64,000 bases of DNA, taken from NCBI GenBank assembly GCA_964016885.1, contig OZ024742.1, positions 372,124,001 through 372,188,000 of the forward strand, read 5' to 3'. Positions 35,160-53,200 of this stretch are shown here, one piece after another (position 1 is the stretch's first letter; each line of letters opens with the position of its first letter). Under the pieces are notes generated by a model, which was given only the letters and a program-made list of their open reading frames with translations, did no database searches and was not told where the DNA came from. Source of the DNA: Eledone cirrhosa. Taxonomy: Eukaryota. A program made the translations under genes and the position numbers.

Positions 35160-38100
35160 ATATATACACACTAGAAATACAGTAATATATATACACTAGA
35201 GATACAGTAATATATACACTAGAAATACAGTAATATATATACACTAGAAATACAGTAATATATATACACTAGGAATACAGTAATATATATACACTAGAAA
35301 TACAGTAATATATTCACTATAAACACAGTAATATATATACACTTGGAATACAGTAATATATATACACTAGAAATACAGTAATATATATACACTAGGAATA
35401 AAGTAATATATAGACTAGAAATACAGTAATATATATACACTAGGAATACAGTAATATATATACACTAGGAATACAGTAATATATATACACTAAAAATACA
35501 GTAATATATATACACTAGGAATACAGTAATATATATACACTAGAAATACAGTAATATATATATATACTAGAAATACAGTAATATATATACACTAGAAATA
35601 CAGTAATATATATACACTAGAAATACAGTAATATATACAGTAGAAAATCAGTAATATATACACTAGGAATACAGTAATATATATACACTAGAAATACAGT
35701 AATATATATACACTAGAAATACAGTAATATATATACACTAGAAATCCAGTAATATATATACACACTAGAAATACAGTAATATATATACACTAGAAATACA
35801 GTAATATATACAGTAGAAAATCAGTAATATATACACTAGGAATAGAGTAATATATATACACTAGAAATACAGTAATATATATACACTAGAAATCCAGTAA
35901 TATATATACACTAGAAATCCAGTAATATATATACACACTAGAAATACAGTAATATATATACACTAGAGATACAGTAATATATACACTAGAAATACAGTAA
36001 TATATATACACTAGAAATACAGTAATATATATACACTAGGAATACAGTAATATATATACACTAGAAATACAGTAATATATATACACTTGGAATACAGTAA
36101 TATATATACATTAGAAATACAGTAATATATATACACTAGGAATAAAGTAATATATAGACTAGAAATACAGTAATATATATACACTAGGAATACAGTAATA
36201 TGTATACACTAGGAATACAGTAATATATATATACACTAGAAATACAGTAATATATATACACTAGGAATACAGTAATATATATACACTAGAAATACAGTAA
36301 TATATATACACGAGAAATACAGTAATATATACACTAGAAATACAGTAATATATATACACTAGGAATACAGTAATATATACACTAGGAATACCGTAATATA
36401 TATATACACTAGAAATACAGTAATATATATACACTAGGAATACAGTAATATATATACACTAGAGATACAGTAATATATATACACTAGAAATACAGTAATA
36501 CATACACTAGAAATACAGTAATATATACACTCGAAATACAGTAATATATACACTAGAAATACAGTAATATATATACACTAGAAACACAGTAATATATATA
36601 CACTAGAAATACAGTAATATATATACACTAGAAATACAATAATATATACACTACAAATACAGTAATATATACACTAGAAATACAGTAATATATATACACT
36701 TGAAATACAGTAATATATATACACTAGAAGTACAGTAATATATATACACTAGAAATACAGTAATATATACACTAGAAATACAGTAATATATACACTAGAA
36801 ATACAGTAATATATATACACTTGAAATACAGTAATATATATACACTAGAAGTACAGTAATATATATACACTAGAAATACAGCAATATATACACTAGAAAT
36901 ACAGTAATATATATACACTAGAAATACAGTCATATATATATACTAGAAATACAGTAATATATATATACACTAGAAATACAGTAATATATACACTAGGAAT
37001 ACAGTAATATATATACACTAGGAATACAGTAATATATATACACTAGGAATACAGTAATATATATACACTAGAAATGCAGTAATATATATACACTAGAAAT
37101 ACAGTAATATATATACACTAGGAATACAGTAATATATATACACTAGGAATACAGTAATATATATACACTAGGAATACAGTAATATATATACACTAGGAAT
37201 ACAGTAATATATATACACTAGAAATACAGTAATATATATACACTAGAAATACAGTAATATAATACACTAGGAATACAGTAATATATATACATGGGAAATA
37301 CAGTAATATATACACTAGAAATACAGTAATATATATACACTAGAAATACAGTAATATATATACACTAGAGATACAGTAATATATACACTAGATATACAGT
37401 AATATATACACTAGATATACAGTAATATATACACTAGGAATACAGTAATATATATACACTAGAAATACAGTAATATATATACACTAGGAATACAGTAATA
37501 TATATACACTAGGAATACAGTAATATATATACACTAGAAATACGGTAATATATATACACTAGAAATACAGTAATATATATACACTAGAAATACAGTAATA
37601 TATATACACTAGAAATACAGTAATATATATATACACTAGAAATACAGTAATATATACACTAGGAATACAGTAATATATATACACTAGGAATACAGTAATA
37701 TATATACACTAGGAATACAGTAATATATACACACTAGAAATACAGTAATATATATACACTAGAGATACAGTAATATATACACTAGAAATACAGTAATATA
37801 TATACACTAGAAATACAGTAATATATATACACTAGGAATACAGTAATATATATACACTAGAAATACAGTAATATATTCACTATAAACACAGTAATATATA
37901 TACACTTGGAATACAGTAATATATATACACTAGAAATACAGTAATATATATACACTAGGAATAAAGTAATATATAGACTAGAAATACAGTAATATATATA
38001 CACTAGGAATACAGTAATATATATACACTAGGAATACAGTAATATATATACACTAAAAATACAGTAATATATATACACTAGGAATACAGTAATATATATA

Positions 38101-41100
38101 CACTAAAAATACAGTAATATATATATATACTAGAAATACAGTAATATATATACACTAGAAATACAGTAATATATATACACTAGAAATACAGTAATATATA
38201 CAGTAGAAAATCAGTAATATATACACTAGGAATACAGTAATATATATACACTAGAAATACAGTAATATATATACACTAGAAATACAGTAATATATATACA
38301 CTAGAAATCCAGTAATATATATACACACTAGAAATACAGTAATATATATACACTAGAAATACAGTAATATATACAGTAGAAAATCAGTAATATATACACT
38401 AGGAATAGAGTAATATATATACACTAGAAATACAGTAATATATATACACTAGAAATCCAGTAATATATATACACTAGAAATCCAGTAATATATATACACA
38501 CTAGAAATACAGTAATATATATACACTAGAGATACAGTAATATATACACTAGAAATACAGTAATATATATACACTAGAAATACAGTAATATATATACACT
38601 AGGAATACAGTAATATATATACACTAGAAATACAGTAATATATATACACTTGGAATACAGTAATATATATACATTAGAAATACAGTAATATATATACACT
38701 AGGAATAAAGTAATATATAGACTAGAAATACAGTAATATATATACACTAGGAATACAGTAATATGTATACACTAGGAATACAGTAATATATATATACACT
38801 AGAAATACAGTAATATATATACACTAGGAATACAGTAATATATATACACTAGAAATACAGTAATATATATACACGAGAAATACAGTAATATATACACTAG
38901 AAATACAGTAATATATATACACTAGGAATACAGTAATATATACACTAGGAATACCGTAATATATATATACACTAGAAATACAGTAATATATATACACTAG
39001 GAATACAGTAATATATATACACTAGAGATACAGTAATATATATACACTAGAAATACAGTAATACATACACTAGAAATACAGTAATATATACACTCGAAAT
39101 ACAGTAATATATACACTAGAAATACAGTAATATATATACACTAGAAACACAGTAATATATATACACTAGAAATACAGTAATATATATACACTAGAAATAC
39201 AATAATATATACACTACAAATACAGTAATATATACACTAGAAATACAGTAATATATATACACTTGAAATACAGTAATATATATACACTAGAAGTACAGTA
39301 ATATATATACACTAGAAATACAGTAATATATACACTAGAAATACAGTAATATATACACTAGAAATACAGTAATATATATACACTTGAAATACAGTAATAT
39401 ATATACACTAGAAGTACAGTAATATATATACACTAGAAATACAGCAATATATACACTAGAAATACAGTAATATATATACACTAGAAATACAGTCATATAT
39501 ATATACTAGAAATACAGTAATATATATATACACTAGAAATACAGTAATATATACACTAGGAGTACAGTAATATATATACACTAGGAATACAGTAATATAT
39601 ATACACTAGGAATACAGTAATATATATACACTAGAAATGCAGTAATATATATACACTAGAAATATAGTAATATATATACACTAGGAATACAGTAATATAT
39701 ATACACTAGGAATACAGTAATATATATACACTAGGAATACAGTAATATATATACACTAGGAATACAGTAATATATATACGCTAGAAATACAGTAATATAT
39801 ATACACTAGAAATACAGTAATATAATACACTAGGAATACAGTAATATATATACATGGGAAATACAGTAATATATACACTAGAAATACAGTAATATATATA
39901 CACTAGAAATACAGTAATATATATACACTAGAGATACAGTAATATATACACTAGATATACAGTAATATATACACTAGATATACAGTAATATATACACTAG
40001 GAATACAGTAATATATATACACTAGAAATACAGTAATATATATACACTAGGAATACAGTAATATATATACACTAGGAATACCGTAATATATATACACTAG
40101 AAATACAGTAATATATATACACTAGGAATACAGTAATATATATACACTAGAAATACAGTAATATATATATATACTAGAAATACAGTAATATATATACACT
40201 AGAAATACAGTAATATATATACACTAGAAATACAGTAATATATACAGTAGAAAATCAGTAATATATACACTAGGAATACAGTAATATATATACACTAGAA
40301 ATACAGTAATATATATACACTAGAAATACAGTAATATATATACACTAGAAATCCAGTAATATATATACACACTAGAAATACAGTAATATATATACACTAG
40401 AAATACAGTAATATATACAGTAGAAAATCAGTAATATATACACTAGGAATAGAGTAATATATATACACTAGAAATACAGTAATATATATACACTAGAAAT
40501 CCAGTAATATATATACACTAGAAATCCAGTAATATATATACACACTAGAAATACAGTAATATATATACACTAGAGATACAGTAATATATACACTAGAAAT
40601 ACAGTAATATATATACACTAGAAATACAGTAATATATATACACTAGGAATACAGTAATATATATACACTAGAAATACAGTAATATATATACACTTGGAAT
40701 ACAGTAATATATATACATTAGAAATACAGTAATATATATACACTAGGAATAAAGTAATATATAGACTAGAAATACAGTAATATATATACACTAGGAATAC
40801 AGTAATATGTATACACTAGGAATACAGTAATATATATATACACTAGAAATACAGTAATATATATACACTAGGAATACAGTAATATATATACACTAGAAAT
40901 ACAGTAATATATATACACGAGAAATACAGTAATATATACACTAGAAATACAGTAATATATATACACTAGGAATACAGTAATATATACACTAGGAATACCG
41001 TAATATATATATACACTAGAAATACAGTAATATATATACACTAGGAATACAGTAATATATATACACTAGAGATACAGTAATATATATACACTAGAAATAC

Positions 41101-44100
41101 AGTAATACATACACTAGAAATACAGTAATATATACACTCGAAATACAGTAATATATACACTAGAAATACAGTAATATATATACACTAGAAACACAGTAAT
41201 ATATATACACTAGAAATACAGTAATATATATACACTAGAAATACAATAATATATACACTACAAATACAGTAATATATACACTAGAAATACAGTAATATAT
41301 ATACACTTGAAATACAGTAATATATATACACTAGAAGTACAGTAATATATATACACTAGAAATACAGTAATATATACACTAGAAATACAGTAATATATAC
41401 ACTAGAAATACAGTAATATATATACACTTGAAATACAGTAATATATATACACTAGAAGTACAGTAATATATATACACTAGAAATACAGCAATATATACAC
41501 TAGAAATACAGTAATATATATACACTAGAAATACAGTCATATATATATACTAGAAATACAGTAATATATATATACACTAGAAATACAGTAATATATACAC
41601 TAGGAATACAGTAATATATATACACTAGGAATACAGTAATATATATACACTAGGAATACAGTAATATATATACACTAGAACTGCAGTAATATATATACAC
41701 TAGAAATACAGTAATATATATACACTAGGAATACAGTAATATATATACACTAGGAATACAGTAATATATATACACTAGGAATACAGTAATATATATACAC
41801 TAGGAATACAGTAATATATATACACTAGAAATACAGTAATATATATACACTAGAAATACAGTAATATAACACACTAGGAATACAGTAATATATATACATG
41901 GGAAATACAGTAATATATACACTAGAAATACAGTAATATATATACACTAGAAATACAGTAATATATATACACTAGAGATACAGTAATATATACACTAGAT
42001 ATACAGTAATATATACACTAGATATACAGTAATATATACACTAGGAATACAGTAATATATATACACTAGAAATACAGTAATATATATACACTAGGAATAC
42101 AGTAATATATATACACTAGGAATACAGTAATATATATACACTAGAAATACGGTAATATATATACACTAGAAATACAGTAATATATATACACTAGAAATAC
42201 AGTAATATATATACACTAGAAATACAGTAATATATATATACACTAGAAATACAGTAATATATACACTAGGAATACAGTAATATATATACACTAGGAATAC
42301 AGTAATATATATACACTAGGAATACAGTAATATATATACACTAGAAATGCAGTAATATATATACACTAGGAATACAGTAATATATATACACTAGCAATAC
42401 AGTAATATATATACACTAGAAATACAGTAATATATATACACTAGGAATACAATAATATATATACACTAGAAATACTGTAAGATATATAAACTAGAAATAC
42501 AGTAATATATATACACTAGGAATACAGTAATATGTATACACTAGGAATACAGTAATATATATATACACTAGAAATACAGTAATATATATACACTAGGAAT
42601 ACAGTAATATATATACACTAGAAATACAGTAATATATATACACGAGAAATACAGTAATATATACACTAGAAATACAGTAATATATATACACTAGGAATAC
42701 AGTAATATATACACTAGGAATACCGTAATATATATATACACTAGAAATACAGTAATATATATACACTAGGAATACAGTAATATATATACACTAGAGATAC
42801 AGTAATATATATACACTAGAAATACAGTAATACATACACTAGAAATACAGTAATATATACACTCGAAATACAGTAATATATACACTAGAAATACAGTAAT
42901 ATATATACACTAGAAACACAGTAATATATATACACTAGAAATACAGTAATATATATACACTAGAAATACAATAATATATACACTAGAAATACAGTAATAT
43001 ATACACTAGAAATACAGTAATATATATACACTTGAAATACAGTAATATATATACACTAGAAGTACAGTAATATATATACACTAGAAATACAGTAATATAT
43101 ACACTAGAAATACAGTAATATATACACTAGAAATACAGTAATATATATACACTTGAAATACAGTAATATATATACACTAGAAGTACAGTAATATATATAC
43201 ACTAGAAATACAGCAATATATACACTAGAAATACAGTAATATATATACACTAGAAATACAGTCATATATATATACTAGAAATACAGTAATATATATATAC
43301 ACTAGAAATACAGTAATATATACACTAGGAATACAGTAATATATATACACTAGGAATACAGTAATATATATACACTAGGAATACAGTAATATATATACAC
43401 TAGAAATGCAGTAATATATATACACTAGAAATACAGTAATATATATACACTAGGAATACAGTAATATATATACACTAGGAATACAGTAATATATATACAC
43501 TAGGAATACAGTAATATATATCCACTAGGAATACAGTAATATATATACACTAGAAATACAGTAATATATATACACTAGAAATACAGTAATATAATACACT
43601 AGGAATACAGTAATATATATACATGGGAAATACAGTAATATATACACTAGAAATACAGTAATATATATACACTAGAAATACAGTAATATATATACACTAG
43701 AGATACAGTAATATATACACTAGATATACAGTAATATATACACTAGATATACAGTAATATATACACTAGGAATACAGTAATATATATACACTAGAAATAC
43801 AGTAATATATATACACTAGGAATACAGTAATATATATACACTAGGAATACAGTAATATATATACACTAGAAATACGGTAATATATATACACTAGAAATAC
43901 AGTAATATATATACACTAGAAATACAGTAATATATATACACTAGAAATACAGTAATATATATATACACTAGAAATACAGTAATATATACACTAGGAATAC
44001 AGTAATATATATACACTAGGAATACAGTAATATATATACACTAGGAATACAGTAATATATATACACTAGAAATGCAGTAATATATATACACTAGGAATAC

Positions 44101-44220
44101 AGTAATATATATACACTAGCAATACAGTAATATATATACACTAGAAATACAGTAATATATATACACTAGGAATACAATAATATATATACACTAGAAATAC
44201 TGTAAGATATATAAACTAGA
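35160..44220. repeat. Four serial copies of one block with offsets 2563, 2044 and 1725 bp
   Basis: catggg 37290/39853/41897/43622, tgtatac 36201/38764/40808/42533, ccgt 36391/38954/40998/42723, aatagag 35841/38404/40448. Confidence 0.92.
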
Positions 44221-47200
44221 AATACAGTAAATATATACACTAGAAATACAGTAATATATACACACCAGAAATACAGTAATATATATACACTAGGAATACA
44301 GATATATATATACATTAGGAATACAGTAATATATATACACTAGAAATACAGCAATATATATATACACGAGAAATACAGTAATATATACACTAGAAATACA
44401 GTAATATATATACACTAGGAATACAGTAATATATACACTAGAAATACAGTAATATATATACACTAGAGATACAGTAATATATATACACTAGAAATACAGT
44501 AATATATACACTAGAAATACAGTAATATATACACTAGAAATATAGTAATATATATACACTAGGAATACAGTAATATATATACGCTAGAAATACAGTAATA
44601 TATATACACTGGAAATACAGTAATATATATACCCTAGAAATACAGTAATATATATACACTAAAAATACAGTAATATATATACCCTAGAAATACAGTAATA
44701 TATATACACTAGAAATACAGTAATATATACACTAGAAATACAGTAATATATATACACTAGAAATACAGTAATATATACACTAGGAATACAGTAATATATA
44801 TACACTAGAAATACAGTAATATATATAGATGAGAAATACAGTAATATATATACACTAGAAATACAGTAATATATACACTAGAAATACAGTAATATATATA
44901 CACTAGAAATACAGTAAGATATATACACTAGAAATACAGTAATATATATACACTAGAAATACAGTAATATATACACTAGGAATACAGTAATATATATACA
45001 CTAGAAATACAGTAATATATATACACTAGGAATACAGTAATATATATACACTAGGAATACAGATATATATATACACTAGGAATACAGTAAAATATATACA
45101 CTAGGAATACAGTAATATATATACACTAGAAATACAGTAATATATATACACTAGGAATACGGTAATATATACACTAGAAATACAGTAATATATATACACT
45201 AGGAATACAGTAATATATATACACTAGGAATACAGTAATATATATAGACTAGGAATACAGATATATATATACACTAGGAATACAGTAATATATATACACT
45301 AGAAATACAGTAATATATACACTTGGAATACAGTAATATATAGACTAGAAATACAATAATATATACACTAGAAATACAGTAATATATACACTAGAAATAC
45401 AGTAATATATACACTAGAAATACAATAATATATACACTAGAAATACAGTATTATATACACTAGGAAGAGAGTAATATATATATATACTAGAAATACAGTA
45501 ATATATATACACGAGAAATACAGTAATATATATACTAGAAATACAGTAATATATATACACTAGAAATACAGTAATATATACACTATAAACACAGTAATAT
45601 ATATACACTAGAAATACAGTAATATATATACGCGAGAAATACAGTAATATATACACTAGAAATCCAGTAATATATATACACTAGATATACAGTAATATAT
45701 ATACTAGAAATACAGTAATATATACAGTAGAAAAACAGTAATATATACAGTAGGAATACAGTAATATATATACACTAGAAATACAGTAATATATACACTA
45801 GGAATACAGTAATATATTTACACTAGAAATACAGTAATATATATACACTAGAAATACAGTAATATATATACACTAGAAATACAGTAATATATATACACTA
45901 GAAATACAGTAATATATATACACTAGAAATACAGTAATATATATACACTAGAAATCCAGTAATATATATACACTAGAAATACAGTAATATATATATACAC
46001 TAGAAATACAGTAAGATATATATACACTAGGAATACAGTAATATATATACACTAGAAATACAGTAATATATATACACTAGGAATACAGTAATATATACAC
46101 TAGAAATACAGTAATATATATACACGAGAAATACAGTAATATATATACACTAGAAATACAGTAATATATACACTAGAAATACAGTAATACATACACTAGA
46201 AATACAGTAATATTTATACACTCGAAATACAGTAATATATACACTAGAAATACAGTAATATATATACACTAGAAATACAGTAATATATATACACTAGAAA
46301 TACAGTAATATATATACACTAGAAATACAATAATATATACACTAGAAATACAGTAATATATACACTAGAAATACAGTAATATATATACACTTGAAATACA
46401 GTAATATATATACACTAGAAGTACAGTAATATATATACACTAGAAATACAGTAATATATACACTAGAAATACAGTAATATATACACTAGAAATACAGTAA
46501 TATATATACACTTGAAATACAGTAATATATATACACTAGAAGTACAGTAATATATATACACTAGAAATACAGCAATATATACACTAGAAATACAGTAATA
46601 TATATACACTAGAAACACAGTCATATATATATACTAGAAATACAGTAATATATATATACAATAGAAATACAGTAATATATACACTAGGAATACAGTAATA
46701 TATATACACTAGGAATACAGTAATATATATACACTAGGAATACAGTAATATATATACACTAGAAATGCAGTAATATATATATACACTAGAAATACAGTAA
46801 TATATATACACTAGGAATACAGTAATATATATACACTAGGAATACAGTAATATATATACACTAGAAATACAGTAATATATATACACTAGAAATACAGTAA
46901 TATAATACACTAGGAATACAGTAATATATATACATGGGAAATACAGTAATATATACACTAGAAATACAGTAATATATATACACTTGAAATACAGTAATAT
47001 ATATACACTAGAAGTACAGTAATATATATACACTAGAAATACAGCAATATATACACTAGAAATACAGTAATATATATACACTAGAAATACAGTCATATAT
47101 ATATACTAGAAATACAGTAATATATATATACACTAGAAATACAGTAATATATACACTAGGAATACAGTAATATATATACACTAGGAATACAGTAATATAT

Positions 47201-50200
47201 ATACACTAGGAATACAGTAATATATATACACTAGAAATGCAGTAATATATATACACTAGAAATACAGTAATATATATACACTAGGAATACAGTAATATAT
47301 ATACACTAGGAATACAGTAATATATATACACTAGGAATACAGTAATATATATACACTAGGAATACAGTAATATATATACACTAGAAATACAGTAATATAT
47401 ATACACTAGAAATACAGTAATATAATACACTAGGGATACAGTAATATATATACATGGGAAATACAGTAATATATACACTAGTAATACAGTAATATATATA
47501 CACTAGAAATACAGTAATATATATACACTAGAGATACAGTAATATATACACTAGATATACAGTAATATATACACTAGATATACAGTAATATATACACTAG
47601 GAATACAGTAATATATATACACTAGAAATACAGTAATATATATACACTAGGAATACAGTAATATATATACACTAGGAATACAGTAATATATATACACTAG
47701 AAATACGGTAATATATATACAGTAGAAATACAGTAATATATATACACTAGAAATACAGTAATATATATACACTAGGAATACAATAATATATATACACTAG
47801 AAATACTGTAAGATATATAAACTAGAAATACAGTAAATATATACACTAGAAATACAGTAATATATATACACTAGAAATACAGTAATATATATATACACTA
47901 GAAATACAGTAATATATACACTAGGAATACAGTAATATATATACACTAGGAATACAGTAATATATATACACTAGGAATACAGTAATATATATACACTAGA
48001 AATGCAGTAATATATATACACTAGGAATACAGTAATATATATACACTAGCAATACAGTAATATATATACACTAGAAATACAGTAATATATATACACTAGG
48101 AATACAATAATATATATACACTAGAAATACTGTAAGATATATAAACTAGAAATACAGTAAATATATACACTAGAAATACAGTAATATATACACACCAGAA
48201 ATACAGTAATATATATACACTAGGAATACAGATATATATATACACTAGGAATACAGTAATATATATACACTAGAAATACAGCAATATATATATACACGAG
48301 AAATACAGTAATATATACACTAGAAATACAGTAATATATATACACTAGGAATACAGTAATATATACACTAGAAATACAGTAATATATATACACTAGAGAT
48401 ACAGTAATATATATACACTAGAAATACAGTAATATATACACTAGAAATACAGTAATATATACACTAGAAATATAGTAATATATATACACTAGGAATACAG
48501 TAATATATATACGCTAGAAATACAGTAATATATATACACTGGAAATACAGTAATATATATACCCTAGAAATACAGTAATATATATACACTAAAAATACAG
48601 TAATATATATACCCTAGAAATACAGTAATATATATACACTAGAAATACAGTAATATATACACTAGAAATACAGTAATATATATACACTAGAAATACAGTA
48701 ATATATACACTAGGAATACAGTAATATATATACACTAGAAATACAGTAATATATATAGATGAGAAATACAGTAATATATATACACTAGAAATACAGTAAT
48801 ATATACACTAGAAATACAGTAATATATATACACTAGAAATACAGTAAGATATATACACTAGAAATACAGTAATATATATACACTAGAAATACAGTAATAT
48901 ATACACTAGGAATACAGTAATATATATACACTAGAAATACAGTAATATATATACACTAGGAATACAGTAATATATATACACTAGGAATACAGATATATAT
49001 ATACACTAGGAATACAGTAAAATATATACACTAGGAATACAGTAATATATATACACTAGAAATACAGTAATATATATACACTAGGAATACGGTAATATAT
49101 ACACTAGAAATACAGTAATATATATACACTAGGAATACAGTAATATATATACACTAGGAATACAGTAATATATATAGACTAGGAATACAGATATATATAT
49201 ACGCTAGGAATACAGTAATATATATACACTAGAAATACAGTAATATATACACTAGGAATACAGTAATATATATACACTAGAAATACAGTAATATATATAG
49301 ATGAGAAATACAGTAATATATACACTAGAAATACAGTAATATATACACTAGAAATACAGTAATATATATACACTAGAAATACAGTAAGATATATACACTA
49401 GAAATACAGTAATATATATACACTAGAAATACAGTAATATATATACACTAGAAATACAGTAATATATACACTAGGAATACAGTAATATATATACACTAGG
49501 AATACAGTAAAATATATACACTTGGAATACAGTAATATATATACACTAGAAATACAGTAATATATATGCACTAGGAATACAGTAATATATATACACTAGA
49601 AATACAGTAATATATACACTAGGAATACAGTAATATATAGACTAGAAATACAATAATATATACACTAGAAATACAGTAATATATACACTAGAAATACAGT
49701 AATATATACACTAGAAATACAATAATATATACACTAGAAATACAGTATTATATACACTAGGAAGAGAGTAATATATATATATACTAGAAATACAGTAATA
49801 TATATACACGAGAAATACAGTAATATATACACTAGAAATACAGTAATATATATACACTAGAAATACAGTAATATATACACTATAAACACAGTAATATATA
49901 TACACTAGAAATACAGTAATATATATACGCGAAAAATACAGTAATATATACACTAGAAATCCAGTAATATATATACACTAGATATACAGTAATATATATA
50001 CTAGAAATACAGTAATATATATACACTAGAAATACAGTAATATATACAGTAGAAAAACAGTAATATATACAGTAGGAATACAGTAATATATATACACTAG
50101 AAATACAGTAATATATACACTAGGAATACAGTAATATATTTACACTAGAAATACAGTAATATATATACACTAGAAATACTGTAATATATATACACTAGAA

Positions 50201-53200
50201 ATACAGTAATATATATACACTAGAAATACAATAATATATATACACTAGAAATACAGTAATATATATACACTAGAAATCCAGTAATATATATACACTAGAA
50301 ATACAGTATATATATATACACTAGAAATACAGTAATATATATATACACTAGGAATACAGTAATATATATACACTAGAAATACAGTAATATATATACACTA
50401 GGAATACAGTAATATATACACTAGAAATACAGTAATATATATACACGAGAAATACAGTAATATATATACACTAGAAATACAGTAATATATACACTAGAAA
50501 TACAGTAATACATACACTAGAAATACAGTAATATTTATACACTCGAAATACAGTAATATATACACTAGAAATACAGTAATATATATACACTAGAAATACA
50601 GTAATATATATACACTAGAAATACAGTAATATATATACACTAGAAATACAATAATATATACACTAGAAATACAGTAATATATACACTAGAAATACAGTAA
50701 TATATATACACTTGAAATACAGTAATATATATACACTAGAAGTACAGTAATATATATACACTAGAAATACAGTAATATATACACTAGAAATACAGTAATA
50801 TATACACTAGAAATACAGTAATATATATACACTTGAAATACAGTAATATATATACACTAGAAGTACAGTAATATATATACACTAGAAATACAGCAATATA
50901 TACACTAGAAATACAGTAATATATATACACTAGAAACACAGTCATATATATATACTAGAAATACAGTAATATATATATACAATAGAAATACAGTAATATA
51001 TACACTAGGAATATAGTAATATATATACACTAGGAATACAGTAATATATATACACTAGGAATACAGTAATATATATACACTAGAAATGCAGTAATATATA
51101 TACACTAGAAATACAGTAATATATATACACTAGGAATACAGTAATATATATACACTAGGAATACAGTAATATATATACACTAGGAATACAGTAATATATA
51201 TACACTAGGAATACAGTAATATATATACACTAGAAATACAGTAATATATATACACTAGAAATACAGTAATATAATACACTAGGAATACAGTAATATATAT
51301 ACACTAGGAATACAGTAATATATATACACTAGGAATACAGTAATATATATACATGGGAAATACAGTAATATATACACTAGAAATACAGTAATATATATAC
51401 ACTTGAAATACAGTAATATATATACACTAGAAGTACAGTAATATATATACACTAGAAATACAGCAATATATACACTAGAAATACAGTAATATATATACAC
51501 TAGGAATACAGTAATATATATACACTAGGAATACAGTAATATATATACACTAGAAATGCAGTAATATATATACACTAGGAATACAGTAATATATATACAC
51601 TAGCAATACAGTAATATATATACACTAGAAATACAGTAATATATATACACTAGGAATACAATAATATATATACACTAGAAATACTGTAAGATATATAAAC
51701 TAGAAATACAGTAAATATATACACTAGAAATACAGTAATATATACACACCAGAAATACAGTAATATATATACACTTGGAATACAGATATATATATACACT
51801 AGGAATACAGTAATATATATACACTAGAAATACAGCAATATATATATACACGAGAAATACAGTAATATATACACTAGAAATACAGTAATATATATACACT
51901 AGGAATACAGTAATATATACACTAGAAATACAGTAATATATATACACTAGAGATACAGTAATATATATACACTAGAAATACAGTAATATATACACTAGAA
52001 ATACAGTAATATATACACTAGAAATACAGTAATATATATACACTAGGAATACAGTAATATATATACGCTAGAAATACAGTAATATATATACACTGGAAAT
52101 ACAGTAATATATATACCCTAGAAATACAGTAATATATATATACTAAAAATACAGTAATATATATACCCTAGAAATACAGTAATATATATACACTAGAAAT
52201 ACAGTAATATATACACTAGAAATACAGTAATATATATACACTAGAAATACAGTAATATATACACTAGGAATACAGTAATATATATACACTAGAAATACAG
52301 TAATATATATAGATGAGAAATACAGTAATATATATACACTAGAAATACAGTAATATATACACTAGAAATACAGTAATATATATACACTAGAAATACAGTA
52401 AGATATATACACTAGAAATACAGTAATATATATACACTAGAAATACAGTAATATATACACTAGGAATACAGTAATATATATACACTAGAAATACAGTAAT
52501 ATATATACACTAGGAATACAGTAATATATATACACTAGGAATACAGATATATATATACACTAGGAATACAGTAAAATATATACACTAGGAATACAGTAAT
52601 ATATATACACTAGAAATACAGTAATATATATACACTAGGAATACGGTAATATATACACTAGAAATACAGTAATATATATACACTAGGAATACAGTAATAT
52701 ATATACACTAGGAATACAGTAATATATATAGACTAGGAATACAGATATATATATACACTAGGAATACAGTAATATATATACACTAGAAATACAGTAATAT
52801 ATACACTAGGAATACAGTAATATATATACACTAGAAATACAGTAATATATATAGATGAGAAATACAGTAATATATACACTAGAAATACAGTAATATATAC
52901 ACTAGAAATACAGTAATATATATACACTAGAAATACAGTAAGATATATACACTAGAAATACAGTAATATATATACACTAGAAATACAGTAATATATATAC
53001 ACTAGAAATACAGTAATATATACACTAGGAATACAGTAATATATATACACTAGGAATACAGTAAAATATGTACACTTGGAATACAGTAATATATATACAC
53101 TAGAAATACAGTAATATATATACACTAGGAATACAGTAATATATACACTAGAAATACAGTAATATATATACACTAGAAATACAGTAATATATAGACTAGA

